Source: Infirmifilum sp.
GTDB lineage: Archaea; Thermoproteota; Thermoprotei; Thermofilales; Thermofilaceae
Assembly (NCBI GenBank): GCA_041287245.1
Contig: JBEULP010000110.1
Location: 1 to 21,089 of the forward strand
Length of the DNA stretch: 21,089 nucleotides
Direction: 5' to 3'
Shown piece by piece: positions 8,008 to 17,224 of this stretch; the first letter of the stretch is position 1, and every line of letters starts with the position of its first letter. The translations under genes and the position numbers were made by a program. The notes beneath the pieces are model-generated. The model had not been told where the DNA came from. It was given only the letters and a program-made list of their open reading frames with translations, and ran no database searches.

Positions 8008-9687
8008 ACTCCTTGTTCTTCCCTTTTCCTCTTCCTCGCCCTTCTCTATCTCTCCTCTTCCAGTGTTCCTGCCCAGTAATAATCCAGTATCATCTACAAA
8101 CATTTGAGGCTCGCCCCAAACCCTAGACCATTCAACATCCTTACCGCCCAGCTCTACCTTGTAAAGCTCGGTAAAGCTGTGGACGTTGATGATGGCTGGT
8201 ATGGGCGCCGCAGCGCCCGAGACAAGCGCCTGTCCAACACTTAGACTCGAAAGCCCTTGGATAAGCTCCCCTGCAATGTCCTCGACACTGCTCAGAATGT
8301 GCCTCTGATCCTCCGGGTTAGTTGTTCTCAAGGCTATGAGAGTGCCGCATTGTGCTAGCAGTGTCTGGCTCAGCTCTCTCGGCCTCTGGCTTACTACACC
8401 TAGGCTAACCCCGAACTTCCTCCCCTCCTTTGCGATTTTCTCTATAATCTGCCGCGACGGCACCTCTCTATCTTTCGGTGCATAAATATGTGCCTCCTCC
8501 AGGATCACAAGTATCGGGAGAATGCTTCCAGCTTGGACATGCATAGTGGCGACTCTCCAAAGCGCTCTCAGTATCGTGGCCGCCGTCGTAGTCTGCACCT
8601 CGCTAGGTAGCCCTCCTAGCGCTACAATGGTAACACCCTCGTTGAAGAGAGACTTGTAAAGCTGTAGGTATGTTTTGATGCTTTTCCCCGGCTCTGGCTC
8701 ACTGAGATTGGAATAGAGCTCCTCAGCCTGTCGCGGTGACGTTATGAACTCAAGCTCAGGGTCCTCTAGAAGGCTGGAAATCTTAAGTTTGAGGTCGAGT
8801 GCGGAGTCATCTTTACCCCTGCCCGCGCCTACTCTGGCGAGGAGCTCTTCGGACTCGAAGTATAGCGGGTCATTAGCGGTTGCATTGCTCCACTTTTCAC
8901 GCCTGAGGGCTAGAAGGGCCTCCCTTAGATGTAATAGTTGTTTCGTAGCCCTGCTGTCGAGCTTTAATATTTCCGCTATTTCCTCAAATCCGAGAGTCCA
9001 AAGAGGTATTTCAAGAGGCCTAGCTTCAACACCGTATCTGACCTTTATCATCTCGAGGGCTCGGCCGCTTGGAGAATATACTCTTACCTTGTCGGGGAAG
9101 ATTTTCGCGATGGGAACATACTCACTATGCGTATCAATCAGTAAGATACGTGGGTGCTTGAACCTCTCGAGCATTCTCGATAGAATTACGGCGACGGTGT
9201 TAGATTTTCCGGAGCCGGTCATTGCTAGTATCGAGAAATGCCTGGACAGAAGCATGTTAACGTCTAAGGTGAACCCCACGGTTGGCACAGAGGCTAAGCT
9301 ACCAATGTTTATGTGAAGACTCGAGAGAAGGGGTCGTAGATCCTCCTCTTCAGCTAGAAAAACTTTCTCGCCAGGCGCCGGAAGGCTTTCAACGCCTCTT
9401 ATCAGCCGTCCTTCGCGAGCATATCCGACAACTATAGCTGTAACCTCGTTTCGCGTCACGACTATTTCGTCATAACCCTCGATCTCCTCAATAAGCTTCC
9501 CACGCTTGTATAACTCGTCGCTAAGCAAGTACCCGCTTACCAGCGCGTAGTGTAATACGTTATTGCTCGACTTGAACACGACATAGGTTCCAGGCTTCGA
9601 AATGAGGCTGAAAGCCTCATCGGGTACAGCTATGCGCAGGACGTTTCTTCCAAATACATTTATTATCTTACCTACTTCGCGTGCCAC
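7984..9687 (-). CDS. herA: HerA ATPase/DNA translocase
   Basis: N-terminal HAS-barrel-like region, RHFSILAMTGSGKS (Walker A), IDTHSEY, ILEEAH (Walker B), EGRKFG...SQRP; adjacent to nurA. Confidence 0.93.
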   Translation of the reverse strand: MAREVGKIINVFGRNVLRIAVPDEAFSLISKPGTYVVFKSSNNVLHYALVSGYLLSDELYKRGKLIEEIEGYDEIVVTRNEVTAIVVGYAREGRLIRGVESLPAPGEKVFLAEEEDLRPLLSSLHINIGSLASVPTVGFTLDVNMLLSRHFSILAMTGSGKSNTVAVILSRMLERFKHPRILLIDTHSEYVPIAKIFPDKVRVYSPSGRALEMIKVRYGVEARPLEIPLWTLGFEEIAEILKLDSRATKQLLHLREALLALRREKWSNATANDPLYFESEELLARVGAGRGKDDSALDLKLKISSLLEDPELEFITSPRQAEELYSNLSEPEPGKSIKTYLQLYKSLFNEGVTIVALGGLPSEVQTTTAATILRALWRVATMHVQAGSILPILVILEEAHIYAPKDREVPSRQIIEKIAKEGRKFGVSLGVVSQRPRELSQTLLAQCGTLIALRTTNPEDQRHILSSVEDIAGELIQGLSSLSVGQALVSGAAAPIPAIINVHSFTELYKVELGGKDVEWSRVWGEPQMFVDDTGLLLGRNTGRGEIEKGEEEEKGRTRSLQEFLKK

Positions 9688-9719
9688 CAGCAGCTACCGG
9701 AGATAAAACGCGACACATT

Positions 9720-10985
9720 TTAAAGTGCTTTTTCACGTCCAAGTGGAGCCAGTATCCCCCTTAAAGCCCCGGTTGCGGATAACCACAACTTGTAGGCTAG
9801 AGTTTCAACTGCTGGTGTAGGAATCAGCGCTTTATGGTGAGCCATTGCTAGTGGTTTAGGATAACCGTTTCTTAAATCACTGAGCGTTGCAAGGGTTTGG
9901 AGGGCGTCTTCAATCCTCTCTTCAGGGACGAGATCTGCTGGATAAGTCGCCTGGAAGACAGGTCCTTGCCTTGAAACCTTGAAGTAAACTACCCCAAATC
10001 TGTTCCATTTATAGGCTAGATTTATCGCCTCTTTAGCAGCCACAAGAGAGTTAGGAGGATTTACAGGGTGTAAAGCTCTGGATCTATCGCTTTCTCTTAG
10101 AACTAGATAAACCCTCTCTCTGGCCCTCCAAGCAGATTCTAGCAGTACGACGTCCGTTAGCCAGCTTTTAACGTCTAATTGCGTGGACAGAAACCGGCTG
10201 GCGGTCTCCTTTGCGACCCATAGCGAAATAATATCTTTCTCTCTTATACGTTCAAGAAGTCTCCCTAGTATATAGAGGTAAAGTGTTGTCTCGACGTAGA
10301 GAACACTAAAGTCTATTACGAACTGGTTGTCAAGGTATTTTTTAACAATAGTTTTAGATGAGAGCTCCCCATAGAGCTGCTCAGTAAAGTCGTAGATAGC
10401 TGTGAGGATCTTAAACGCGCTTCTATAGTAACTTTGAAAACTTTTTTCTTTTTCAACCTCACTCAAGAATGCCTCTATACTTTCCTCGATATACTGTTCG
10501 ATATCAATGCTTTCAAGAATCTCTCTAAACATTGAAACCTCACCGTGAGAAGTACGCTCTAGCTGCGCGATTCTCTCATGTAGCGAGCCATACCCTGCTA
10601 AGAGCAAGGCCAGATAGCTCCCGTCGAAAACTAAAATGTCTATATCTTCTTTTGCAGCGCGAAGCCCCTCTAGAAGCTCCAGAGAACTCATCAGATTCAT
10701 TGTCCTTGTTTCTCCATAGAGTTTAGGCAGTACAACGTGCAGGAGTAGGTGCTCGTTTCCAGGAAGACCCTCAACGTACCTCTTAGAAAACACTCCGAGT
10801 GAGGCTACGGAGAATGCTGATACGAAAGATCCCTGCCTCTCGCTAATAGCTGAGCTCCCGTCGATAAACCAGGCTTTATCCAGAGGGTTCCCCTCGATAA
10901 TCTGGGGTTCCTCAAGCTTTTCCTTTACCTCTGCAAGTGTCTCATCTATTTCACGGATGAAACGGTAGTTTCGCAACGCCTGCAT
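9720..10985 (-). CDS. nurA: NurA 5'-3' nuclease
   Basis: FIDGS, LELLE, VFDGS, VAKET and GYPKPLAMAHHKA motifs; directly upstream of herA. Confidence 0.9.
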   Translation of the reverse strand: MQALRNYRFIREIDETLAEVKEKLEEPQIIEGNPLDKAWFIDGSSAISERQGSFVSAFSVASLGVFSKRYVEGLPGNEHLLLHVVLPKLYGETRTMNLMSSLELLEGLRAAKEDIDILVFDGSYLALLLAGYGSLHERIAQLERTSHGEVSMFREILESIDIEQYIEESIEAFLSEVEKEKSFQSYYRSAFKILTAIYDFTEQLYGELSSKTIVKKYLDNQFVIDFSVLYVETTLYLYILGRLLERIREKDIISLWVAKETASRFLSTQLDVKSWLTDVVLLESAWRARERVYLVLRESDRSRALHPVNPPNSLVAAKEAINLAYKWNRFGVVYFKVSRQGPVFQATYPADLVPEERIEDALQTLATLSDLRNGYPKPLAMAHHKALIPTPAVETLAYKLWLSATGALRGILAPLGREKAL

Positions 10986-11128
10986 ATCTCTAATTGTTTA
11001 AGAAAGTATAGGCTTTTATTTTATGTTCGCGCACGTGCAAAAATATCTTGAAAAGAAGCTTAATCGACAGCTGCATCTTTACACCAGCGTCATAAAACTA
11101 TATTTCTGTGTTTGCTATTTACTGATCG

Positions 11129-12355
11129 ATGACAGAAGAGTTTGACCCTGTGAAATTTCTAACCGAAATCGTACGCATACCAAGCGAGTCAGGATATCAA
11201 GGCAGCGTAATTACGAGGAAAAATTACAGAGAAGTTACAGACATCATCGAGAAAACAGCCCTAGACTTAGGATTAAACGTTCAAAGAGTAGACCTCCTTA
11301 ATGGAGAGATCCCCACCCTTTTAATAAGCCTCTCGAAGGCCCCTAAGAACCTTCCAACCCTAGCCTTCGCAACCCATTACGACGTAGTCCCTGCGAAGGG
11401 ACCATGGGAGATAGACGGCGTTAAAATAGACCCATACGAGCCCCTTGTTAGAAACGGGAAGGTCTATGGGAGAGGCGCGGCAGACGACAAGTCTGCTATA
11501 GCAGCAGTTCTCGCTGGGCTAGCAGCCTTAAAAGGTCAGGAGGAGAAGCTCCGCTACCAGCCTATACTCATAGTTACAGGCGACGAGGAGGTGGGAGGGG
11601 TAGGGGTCAGGGCTTTGCTAGAACAGGGCTACAGGTGGGACAGGGTGGTTATAGTCGACTCTGGCTCTGAATACGTCTCAATTGGTGCCAGTGGAGTTGT
11701 GCACGGATGGATAAAGGTTAAGGGCAGGTCGGGTCACGCAGGCTATCCCCATACTACGCGAAACGCGGTTGAGGATCTGCTAAAGCTATTAGGTGAGATG
11801 CAGGGGTATAAAGCGCTGAGGAATAGCAAAGTCTCTAAGTTGCCTTCCCCGCCCGGCAGCCCGATACCTAGAGTCTGGGGGAGGTTTTCAATAACGGTTG
11901 TCAAGCTGCCTGAACATGAACCCGAGAAGCATAACAGGATTCCCGGAGAAGCGTGGGCAGGCTTCGACATTAGACTTTTACCTGAGGAAAAATTGGAAGA
12001 AGCCTTGGCAGAGCTATACGGCTACTTCTCCTCTGCAGTCGCTAAGCTAGGGATAAACGCGTCTTTAGATATTATCTCTGGACAGCCTGGATGGTTCGCT
12101 AAAAACGACTTATTTGTCAATGAGGTTCTTAATGCTGCGAAGAAGGCGTACAAAGAGGTTGGCTTTCGCGGAGAGCCTCAGCTGGTGGCTGAGCTAGGCG
12201 GCAACGACGGAACTTTCTTCGACATGTTTGGAATGGATGTTGTTGCTTTCGGGACTATTAGGGAGGGAACAAACATCCACTCCGAAGGCGAGTTTGTATA
12301 CATAGATGATATACTCATGTTTAAGCACTTCATGGTGGAAATGCTGAGAAGGTGA
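11129..12355 (+). CDS. M20 family metallopeptidase/amidohydrolase (ArgE/DapE-like)
   Basis: HYDVVP, YGRGAADDK, GDEEVGG, GHAGYP, GGNDG, NIHSEGE. Confidence 0.93.
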   Translation: MTEEFDPVKFLTEIVRIPSESGYQGSVITRKNYREVTDIIEKTALDLGLNVQRVDLLNGEIPTLLISLSKAPKNLPTLAFATHYDVVPAKGPWEIDGVKIDPYEPLVRNGKVYGRGAADDKSAIAAVLAGLAALKGQEEKLRYQPILIVTGDEEVGGVGVRALLEQGYRWDRVVIVDSGSEYVSIGASGVVHGWIKVKGRSGHAGYPHTTRNAVEDLLKLLGEMQGYKALRNSKVSKLPSPPGSPIPRVWGRFSITVVKLPEHEPEKHNRIPGEAWAGFDIRLLPEEKLEEALAELYGYFSSAVAKLGINASLDIISGQPGWFAKNDLFVNEVLNAAKKAYKEVGFRGEPQLVAELGGNDGTFFDMFGMDVVAFGTIREGTNIHSEGEFVYIDDILMFKHFMVEMLRR

Positions 12356-13065
12356 GAATGACGAGGCTTAAGATTAAGTACCTCGCTCTCTTCCGTGACC
12401 TTACAGGTTTAAGCGAAGAAGACCTGGATATCCAGGGGGAAGCTGTTACCGTTCGGGAGATCATAGAGATACTTGCGGAGAAATACCCCAGCCTAAAAAG
12501 CTATGTGGAGTCTGAAGAAGTCATAGTAGTAGCCGATGGAAAACCCTTACAGCTCTCCGAGAAGGTTAGCGCAAACTCCGAGTTGCTTATAATGCCGCCG
12601 ATCTCAGGCGGCTCTTCTTATGCTTTTATAGATAAAATAGACCCTCCACGGGTACTAGACGGCTTGCTTAAATCTTTAGACGATAAAGCCGGTGCGGTGA
12701 TGGTTTTTATTGGTAGGGTTAAAGGGTCAATTGAGGGCAATAGGGTCAACGAGCTCTATTACGAGGTTGTTGAGCCCCTATCAACATCCACCCTGTCAAG
12801 GATTGGTGAAGAAGAGTCGAAGAACCATGGTCTTATACGCTCCGTGATTTACCACAAGAAAGGCTCAGCCAAGCCTGGAGAGCCGGTATTATTCATCGCA
12901 GTTGCCTCCGAAGGGCGTAAAGAGGCGTTGCAGGCTCTTCAGAGCATCCTCGAGAGAGTTAAGCATGAGGCGTATGTCTGGAAGCTGGAGAGGAGGGAGG
13001 ATGGAGACTACTGGATAATAGGAGACCATAAAAGGGTACCTCGGCAGCCGTCTTCTAATGCTTGA
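12352..13065 (+). CDS. moaD-moaE: Molybdopterin synthase MoaD(SAMP/ThiS-like)-MoaE fusion; alternative start ATG 12358
   Basis: Ubiquitin-like N-terminal domain ending PPISGG at residue 87, followed by MoaE motifs GAVMVFIGRVK, LYYE, HKKG...GE and VWKLE. Confidence 0.92.
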   Translation: MRMTRLKIKYLALFRDLTGLSEEDLDIQGEAVTVREIIEILAEKYPSLKSYVESEEVIVVADGKPLQLSEKVSANSELLIMPPISGGSSYAFIDKIDPPRVLDGLLKSLDDKAGAVMVFIGRVKGSIEGNRVNELYYEVVEPLSTSTLSRIGEEESKNHGLIRSVIYHKKGSAKPGEPVLFIAVASEGRKEALQALQSILERVKHEAYVWKLERREDGDYWIIGDHKRVPRQPSSNA

Positions 13066-13504
13066 GTTTTTCTACAACCTTTATGTTCTCAATGGAAGTG
13101 GTTGGGTATTGCCCTCTCTCGTCCTTCTCTAGTGCTTTCACCATATCCCACACCGTCAGCAGAGCCACGCTAACCCCGGTTAGCGCCTCCATCTCAACAC
13201 CTGTGCGGGCGGTTGTCTTGACGGTTACAATCGCCTCTACTCCATCAGATTCAAAGTTGAAGTCGACGTTTACGGAAGTTATTGGAATTGGGTGGCACAA
13301 AGGTAGGATTTCCCAGTTACGCTTCACAGCTAGAATAGCAGCAACCCGAGCAACGTTAAGCACATCCCCCTTCGGGACTTTCCCCTCGCGTATCGCCTCA
13401 ACAGTCTCCTTCTTGAGGCGTATAAATCCACGTGCAGTCGCCTCCCTGTATACTTCCGGCTTCTCAGTTATATCAATCATCCTTACACCAACCTTGTCGC
13501 TCAT
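13055..13504 (-). CDS. moaC: Cyclic pyranopterin monophosphate synthase
   Basis: MIDITEK, KGDVL, LPLCHP, TGVEMEAL, WDMVKA. Confidence 0.97.
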   Translation of the reverse strand: MSDKVGVRMIDITEKPEVYREATARGFIRLKKETVEAIREGKVPKGDVLNVARVAAILAVKRNWEILPLCHPIPITSVNVDFNFESDGVEAIVTVKTTARTGVEMEALTGVSVALLTVWDMVKALEKDERGQYPTTSIENIKVVEKLKH

Positions 13505-14034
13505 AACCCTCGCCTCGCAAGTGCTAGAACATGAGCCGCCTCAGGGCATATTATTTCTTTCAAGGCTGTCTCGACAGCGTTAGGTGATCCGGGGAGAAGA
13601 AATACCACTTTATCTTTCACTATTCCTGCAGTAGCGTTTGAGAGGAAACTTGAAGGTCCAGCTTCCCGTATACTCGCACTTCTGAAGACATCGCCGAAGC
13701 CCTCGAGCTCCTTGTCGAACAGCGGGCGGACTGTCTGTACGGTGACGTCGTCCCGGGTAGGTCCCGTACCGCCGCTCAAAACTATTACGTCTACATCCTG
13801 TGCGTCGAAAAGGGCGTCGAGGGCAAAGAGTATAAGTCGAGGATTGTCCGGAACGAGAGCATATCTGGTGATATGATAGCCGAAAGACTCCACCACTCTC
13901 TTAGCACGTATAAAAGACTCGTCCTCAATCTCTTCCCCGCGTTTAAACTTGGAATACCTTGAGGTACTTACAGTGAGAAAGGCGAACCTTATATCTCTAG
14001 GCCCCTCTTTCCTGTGAAGCTCAGCCGTGCTCAT
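13501..14034 (-). CDS. moaB: MoaB/MogA molybdopterin adenylyltransferase
   Basis: TVSTSR, VPD, SGGTGPTRDDVT, GFGDVFR, LPGSPNAV; 4-nt overlap with moaC. Confidence 0.93.
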   Translation of the reverse strand: MSTAELHRKEGPRDIRFAFLTVSTSRYSKFKRGEEIEDESFIRAKRVVESFGYHITRYALVPDNPRLILFALDALFDAQDVDVIVLSGGTGPTRDDVTVQTVRPLFDKELEGFGDVFRSASIREAGPSSFLSNATAGIVKDKVVFLLPGSPNAVETALKEIICPEAAHVLALARRGL

Positions 14035-14132
14035 GTCAACCGTTTATTCAAAGTGCACGCGTTTTTATGTTATTTGTAATGAAACCGTCTAAGTTGAGAA
14101 AACTCCAAATAGCAGAATTTTATTGATAACCT

Positions 14133-14759
14133 ATGCCTGGGTCTAGCGATAAGGAACTTACGAGGGACGATGCGAGCCTGTCGCAAGAATTGCCAAAGGA
14201 GGTTTTCCAAGGAGATCTCAAAGGCCAAGACGTAATCGTCTGCGATGAGAAGGCTGTGGAGGCATTTACGACGAGAGGTTATGGTTTCAGGGAGTGGGGG
14301 TGTGTGAGGCTTACGCTTCTAGAAGCCGCATACCTTGTTTACAGGGGTTTTCTCATTGTAAAGGATGACATGGGTGGGGAAAAGAACTTTGAGTCGCTGG
14401 TGAGTATGGGCAGCTCTCTTGACCCCGACTTCTGGACACGCCTGAATGTGTATGCAGATCTCAGGAACAGGGCTTTGATTGCCCAACCAGGTGTTCAGAG
14501 CCAAGAGTTTCTCCTAGACTGGAAGAGGAAAGACAAGGCTAAAAGGTATCTGGTTCGCATTGTGAGAGAGGGTAGCAGGCTTAGCTTTAGAGAGTTCGAG
14601 GAAATGTTTAGAAGAGCATTGGAAAGCGATCGCGAGCTTGTGGTGGCAATAGTTGATAAAGAGGGTGTTATCTCCTATTATATTGTAGAGGGTGTGTTAC
14701 GTGAAGGGCTCCCCGAAGTTGAAGGTAGTGACGAGGTATCGCTTGAACAAGAAGGATAA
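14133..14759 (+). CDS. tRNA splicing endonuclease structural (beta) subunit; start uncertain
   Basis: EndA N-domain pattern GYG...LTLLEAAYL, VYADLRNR, and C-terminal AIVDKEGVISYY. The catalytic Tyr/His/Lys triad is not evident, consistent with the non-catalytic subunit of a crenarchaeal (alpha-beta)2 enzyme. Confidence 0.8.
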   Translation: MPGSSDKELTRDDASLSQELPKEVFQGDLKGQDVIVCDEKAVEAFTTRGYGFREWGCVRLTLLEAAYLVYRGFLIVKDDMGGEKNFESLVSMGSSLDPDFWTRLNVYADLRNRALIAQPGVQSQEFLLDWKRKDKAKRYLVRIVREGSRLSFREFEEMFRRALESDRELVVAIVDKEGVISYYIVEGVLREGLPEVEGSDEVSLEQEG

Positions 14760-15228
14760 GAAAAGCCTTGTAGAGGAGGTTGCTGCAACGTTGGGGGCAG
14801 GTCTTGCACAACTTGTTGAGGAGAGCGAGCTTGTAGAGGTTGCCAAGGTCAAGGATGGAAAAATAGCTGAGATATACTTTCTAAACGGGGTTGTAGCGAT
14901 GGTCAGATTTGAGGGAGAGGGGCTCTTTCCGAGCCTTTATTTCATTTACAAGTCGAACGTCCCTCTGAATCTTCCAGCAGTATATGTTGACGCTGGAGCA
15001 GTCCCCCACATTCTAAATGGTGCAGACGTGATGGTACCGGGTATAAAGAGGATTGAAGGGAGTTTTAAAGCGGGAGACAAGGTGTTTGTACGAGAGCTTG
15101 AGAAAGGCCGGATAATCGCCGTGGGGGTTAGCCTGTTATCATCCGCCGAGCTTGAGGGTGCTCAGAAGGGTAAGGCGGTAAAGACACTACACTATCTGGG
15201 AGACGAAATCTGGCAGCTATCAGGATAG
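14719..15228 (+). CDS. PUA-domain RNA-binding protein (MCT-1/Tma20-like); start TTG 14719 or GTG 14728 more likely than 14692
   Basis: RLNKKDKK, FPSL, VYVDAGAVPHILNGADVMVPGI, GKAVKTLHYLGDEIW. Confidence 0.9.
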   Translation: MKVVTRYRLNKKDKKSLVEEVAATLGAGLAQLVEESELVEVAKVKDGKIAEIYFLNGVVAMVRFEGEGLFPSLYFIYKSNVPLNLPAVYVDAGAVPHILNGADVMVPGIKRIEGSFKAGDKVFVRELEKGRIIAVGVSLLSSAELEGAQKGKAVKTLHYLGDEIWQLSG

Positions 15229-15240
15229 CGTGCCTGGAGT

Positions 15241-17160
15241 TTATATTATTCTTATACCCTCAGCGTTCTGCGGGGCTAGCACGTTGAAGTTGAGGTGGGT
15301 CTTTTTCCTAAACCACTCACTCTGGAGATAGGATTGAAACTCGGATATCTTGCTTCTCTCCCCGTGGTTAAGTATTACTGTCTTGGGGGTTGGCTCCATC
15401 CTTCTAAGGTAGGCCTCCAGCTGTCTGCGATCGCTGTGTCCAGAGAAGCCCTCTACTCGATAGACGTTCATCTTGAGCTCTTTTGTCACGATTCTTCCAC
15501 TGTCATCAACCATCGTGAGCTTCCTTAACCCCTGAAGTATTTTCCTCCCCAACGTCCCCTCAACTTGGTAGCTGACGAAAACTAGGCTGCTATTTGGATC
15601 CTCCGCCAGTAGTCTTAGATATTCCAGGACAGGTCCACCTGTTAGCATTCCCGAGGTGGCAAGTATAATAGCTGGTCTCGTGCTTACAACGTCTTCCTTA
15701 TTCTCGCCGCGATAAATGTGGATGTTTTCAGAAGTAAACGGGTTTTGATCATTGTATATAAGGCTCCTAACGGTCTGTGAAAGATATTCGGGAAAAGTCA
15801 TATGGACTGCTGATACCTCGTCGATCATGCCTTCCATGAATATGGGTAGAGGCGGTAAGACTTTGTTTTTCATAAGCTCTAGAATAGCCAGTAATACCTC
15901 CTGTGCCCTGCCAACCGCAAGGACAGGGATCAGGACTATCCCTCCCTTATCCACGGTCTCCTTTATAACTTTTCCAAGCTCGAGAACAGCTTCCTCCTCA
16001 CTGGGGAGGAGGTCGCTTCTCCCGCCATAAGTGGTCTCCATTATTAAGACCTCGGCACGCGGAAATTTTGTATTAGCAGGATCCAGAAGCATTGTGCGAG
16101 CAAACTTTAAGTCGCCCGTATAGACCAGGTTCACCAGCCCCTCGCCGACGTGTAAATGTATAAGAGAAGACCCGAGTATGTGTCCAGACCTATACAGGGT
16201 TAGTCTTATCTCAGGCGCAATGTCAGTCACTTCTCCATAGCTAAGCGTATACGTGTGGAGGATAACGGAAGTTATTTCCCTCGAGGAGAACAGCTGTGGC
16301 TTCCCTTCTCTTTCCGAGACCTTGATATAATCTTCAAAGAGTAGCTTAGCTAGGTGAAGTGTGGGTTCTGTCATGTAAACAGGGCCTTTATAGCCGTACT
16401 TGAAAAGAACTGGTAGGGCGCCGACGTGGTCAAGGTGTGCGTGGGTTATCACTACGGCATCTAGGGTTTGAGGATCAAACTCTGGTAGATCGAATAGGGG
16501 TAGATCGTCTCCTGAACCCGTAGGCTTGAGGCCAGCGTCAAGAAGTATATTTGCATCCGGTGTTTGGACTAGAAGAGCGCTTCTGCCAACTTCCTGGAAA
16601 GCGCCAAGTGAGACTATCCTCACCCTGTCTGTCTCGAAAAATGGGGTTCGGTAGACGCTGTTTCCTAGCTCTCTAAGGAATTTTTTCCTGTATTCTACCT
16701 CTCCGCGATAAATATCCCTTATCTCCTTAACGCTTCGGCTTATCACTGGAGGCCTTCTCAGAACACGTGGGTACCACAGCGTATCCGCGAATATTCTGTT
16801 AAGCACACTTGGCTCTATTTTTTCGGGGGAGAGTAGCTCTATCTCGACTTCTCCTATTGTCTCGTTAAAGTATAGATCTTTTAGGCCAGCTTCCTTTGGA
16901 ATAAGCGAGGATATTATTTCGCGCGCGGAAGCCTCTTCAAGCCTTGAATCCTCATCCCCCCTGACGATAACTCTTTTTCTTACGGTTTTAGCTATTTTCT
17001 TGATTAGTTCACTGTTATTTTCGAGAAAAACCTGCGGGCGCCTTGTATAGATGGCTATCTTGGGGCCCTCAAAGTCGATCTTTGTGATCTCTGCGCCGGG
17101 TGGCAAGTTAGTGAATATAGCCTCTCTTACCTCTCTTGCTACAGATGTAATTGTCTCCAA
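15241..17160 (-). CDS. fttA: aCPSF1/FttA: KH-domain beta-CASP ribonuclease, archaeal transcription termination factor
   Basis: N-terminal KH region (FEGPKIAIY), LGAFQEVGRS, THAHLDH, SGHILGS, YTGD, METTYG, FSGHSD, NHGE. TTG start with GGTGA SD; downstream of psmB as commonly seen in archaea. Confidence 0.95.
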   Translation of the reverse strand: METITSVAREVREAIFTNLPPGAEITKIDFEGPKIAIYTRRPQVFLENNSELIKKIAKTVRKRVIVRGDEDSRLEEASAREIISSLIPKEAGLKDLYFNETIGEVEIELLSPEKIEPSVLNRIFADTLWYPRVLRRPPVISRSVKEIRDIYRGEVEYRKKFLRELGNSVYRTPFFETDRVRIVSLGAFQEVGRSALLVQTPDANILLDAGLKPTGSGDDLPLFDLPEFDPQTLDAVVITHAHLDHVGALPVLFKYGYKGPVYMTEPTLHLAKLLFEDYIKVSEREGKPQLFSSREITSVILHTYTLSYGEVTDIAPEIRLTLYRSGHILGSSLIHLHVGEGLVNLVYTGDLKFARTMLLDPANTKFPRAEVLIMETTYGGRSDLLPSEEEAVLELGKVIKETVDKGGIVLIPVLAVGRAQEVLLAILELMKNKVLPPLPIFMEGMIDEVSAVHMTFPEYLSQTVRSLIYNDQNPFTSENIHIYRGENKEDVVSTRPAIILATSGMLTGGPVLEYLRLLAEDPNSSLVFVSYQVEGTLGRKILQGLRKLTMVDDSGRIVTKELKMNVYRVEGFSGHSDRRQLEAYLRRMEPTPKTVILNHGERSKISEFQSYLQSEWFRKKTHLNFNVLAPQNAEGIRII

Positions 17161-17224
17161 AAATGTTCACCGTGAAAAATTATAAGAGGTAAATACCTCA
17201 CACCGACACAACTAATAAATTTTT

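Noticed and set aside
7984..10985. herA locus as a Sir2-HerA-type anti-phage system or genomic island
   Set aside because: The partner is NurA. There is no Sir2 gene, integrase or att site, and the flanks are housekeeping genes.
11031..11038. GCACGTGC palindrome between nurA and the M20 gene
   Set aside because: Only 8 bp, expected by chance, and I saw no other support.
14035..14132. ModE- or tungstate-type operator upstream of moaB
   Set aside because: Only a 6-bp palindrome (GTGCAC) is present, with no convincing operator consensus.
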